DNA of 20,000 nt from Alloascoidea hylecoeti (lineage: Eukaryota), in assembly GCA_001600815.1 (NCBI GenBank), contig BCKZ01000022.1:331855-351854 (forward strand), read 5' to 3'. Both the position numbers and the translations under genes were made by a program. Within the stretch, counting starts at the first letter, position 1. Each line of letters starts with the position of its first letter. Below the pieces are notes generated by a model, which was not told the DNA's origin, ran no database searches, and saw nothing but the letters and a program-made list of their open reading frames with translations. Shown here one piece after another: positions 19,451-20,000 of the stretch.

Positions 19451-19919
19451 TACCACATTTTAAGTACTCTGGAATTTGGGATATAATGATTACTATGGTG
19501 GACGGTGCATTATGATCTTGTTTTTGGAAGTTCCATTCTTGAAGATACTACGAAGCGTTGAAGTACAACGTCATCTAATTAACATGAAAGAGATGAAGAT
19601 GGGTTATATTGGAAATCACTTGATATAAATATAAAGAGGAACTCAACAAACTGTAATACTTTTAAAATATCCTCAATTACATTGGAAAGCCTTATGCAGA
19701 AGTCGAAAAAAAATTCCCTGATCGTGATAATAAGTTTTAATATAGATATAGAGGTGGTGAATCTTATACTATCATAATTAATTAATACATATTCGTTTAT
19801 TTCATATACGTATAAATAATACATGTCAATAATCAAAAACTACACAAATTCATTAAATAGCAAAATTATTACAAGTAGACAAAAATATAATAACAATAAT
19901 AAATTATTTAATAATCATC

Positions 19920-20000
19920 TCAAAATAAATCATTTAATTTTTGAAAATCTCTTGCTTTTCCAATTTTTAATTGTTCTTCTATTTCTTCATTTGATTCTCC
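19920..20000 (-). CDS. 3' end of an unidentified gene entering from the right edge
   Basis: Open frame GESNEEIEEQLKIGKARDFQKLNDLF* with A/T-ending codon bias like neighbouring genes; TGA at 19922-19920. Confidence 0.5.
   Translation of the reverse strand, partial: GESNEEIEEQLKIGKARDFQKLNDLF

Noticed and set aside
19332..19836. ORF-track upstream extension of TEM1 exon 1 (to 19439) and ORF 19579-19836
   Set aside because: Non-ATG starts in promoter/intergenic DNA; the ATG at 19331 gives a coherent spliced Tem1

Overview
AT-rich eukaryotic DNA, most consistent with a budding yeast (Saccharomycotina): compact genes and short 61-103 nt GT-AG introns with (T/A)ACTAA(C/T) branch points. Recognisable genes are UTP21 (1 intron), a divergent REI1/REH1-family zinc-finger gene head-to-head with TSR1, an ECM7-like SUR7/PalI membrane protein, ORC1 (1 intron) and TEM1/SPG1 (2 introns), plus partial ORFs at both edges and a decayed F-box/WD40 pseudogene (~2736-3390). 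The main discoveries lie in the apparently empty 4 kb between UTP21 and the REI1-like gene. (i) An intron-split 40-aa ORF missed by the ORF track (8306->8081, minus) reads MAYRNDSSRKEAPEDKDMFWWQNYHSNYDGNIMPKNCVIA. It ends in the CAAX box CVIA and has a CArG box and a TGAAACA element upstream, so it is a probable a-factor-type lipopeptide pheromone gene. (ii) A ~1.45 kb plus-strand region is dense in stems with G-U pairs and is a candidate long ncRNA; telomerase RNA is a testable hypothesis. All gene names come from motif recognition; no database searches were run.
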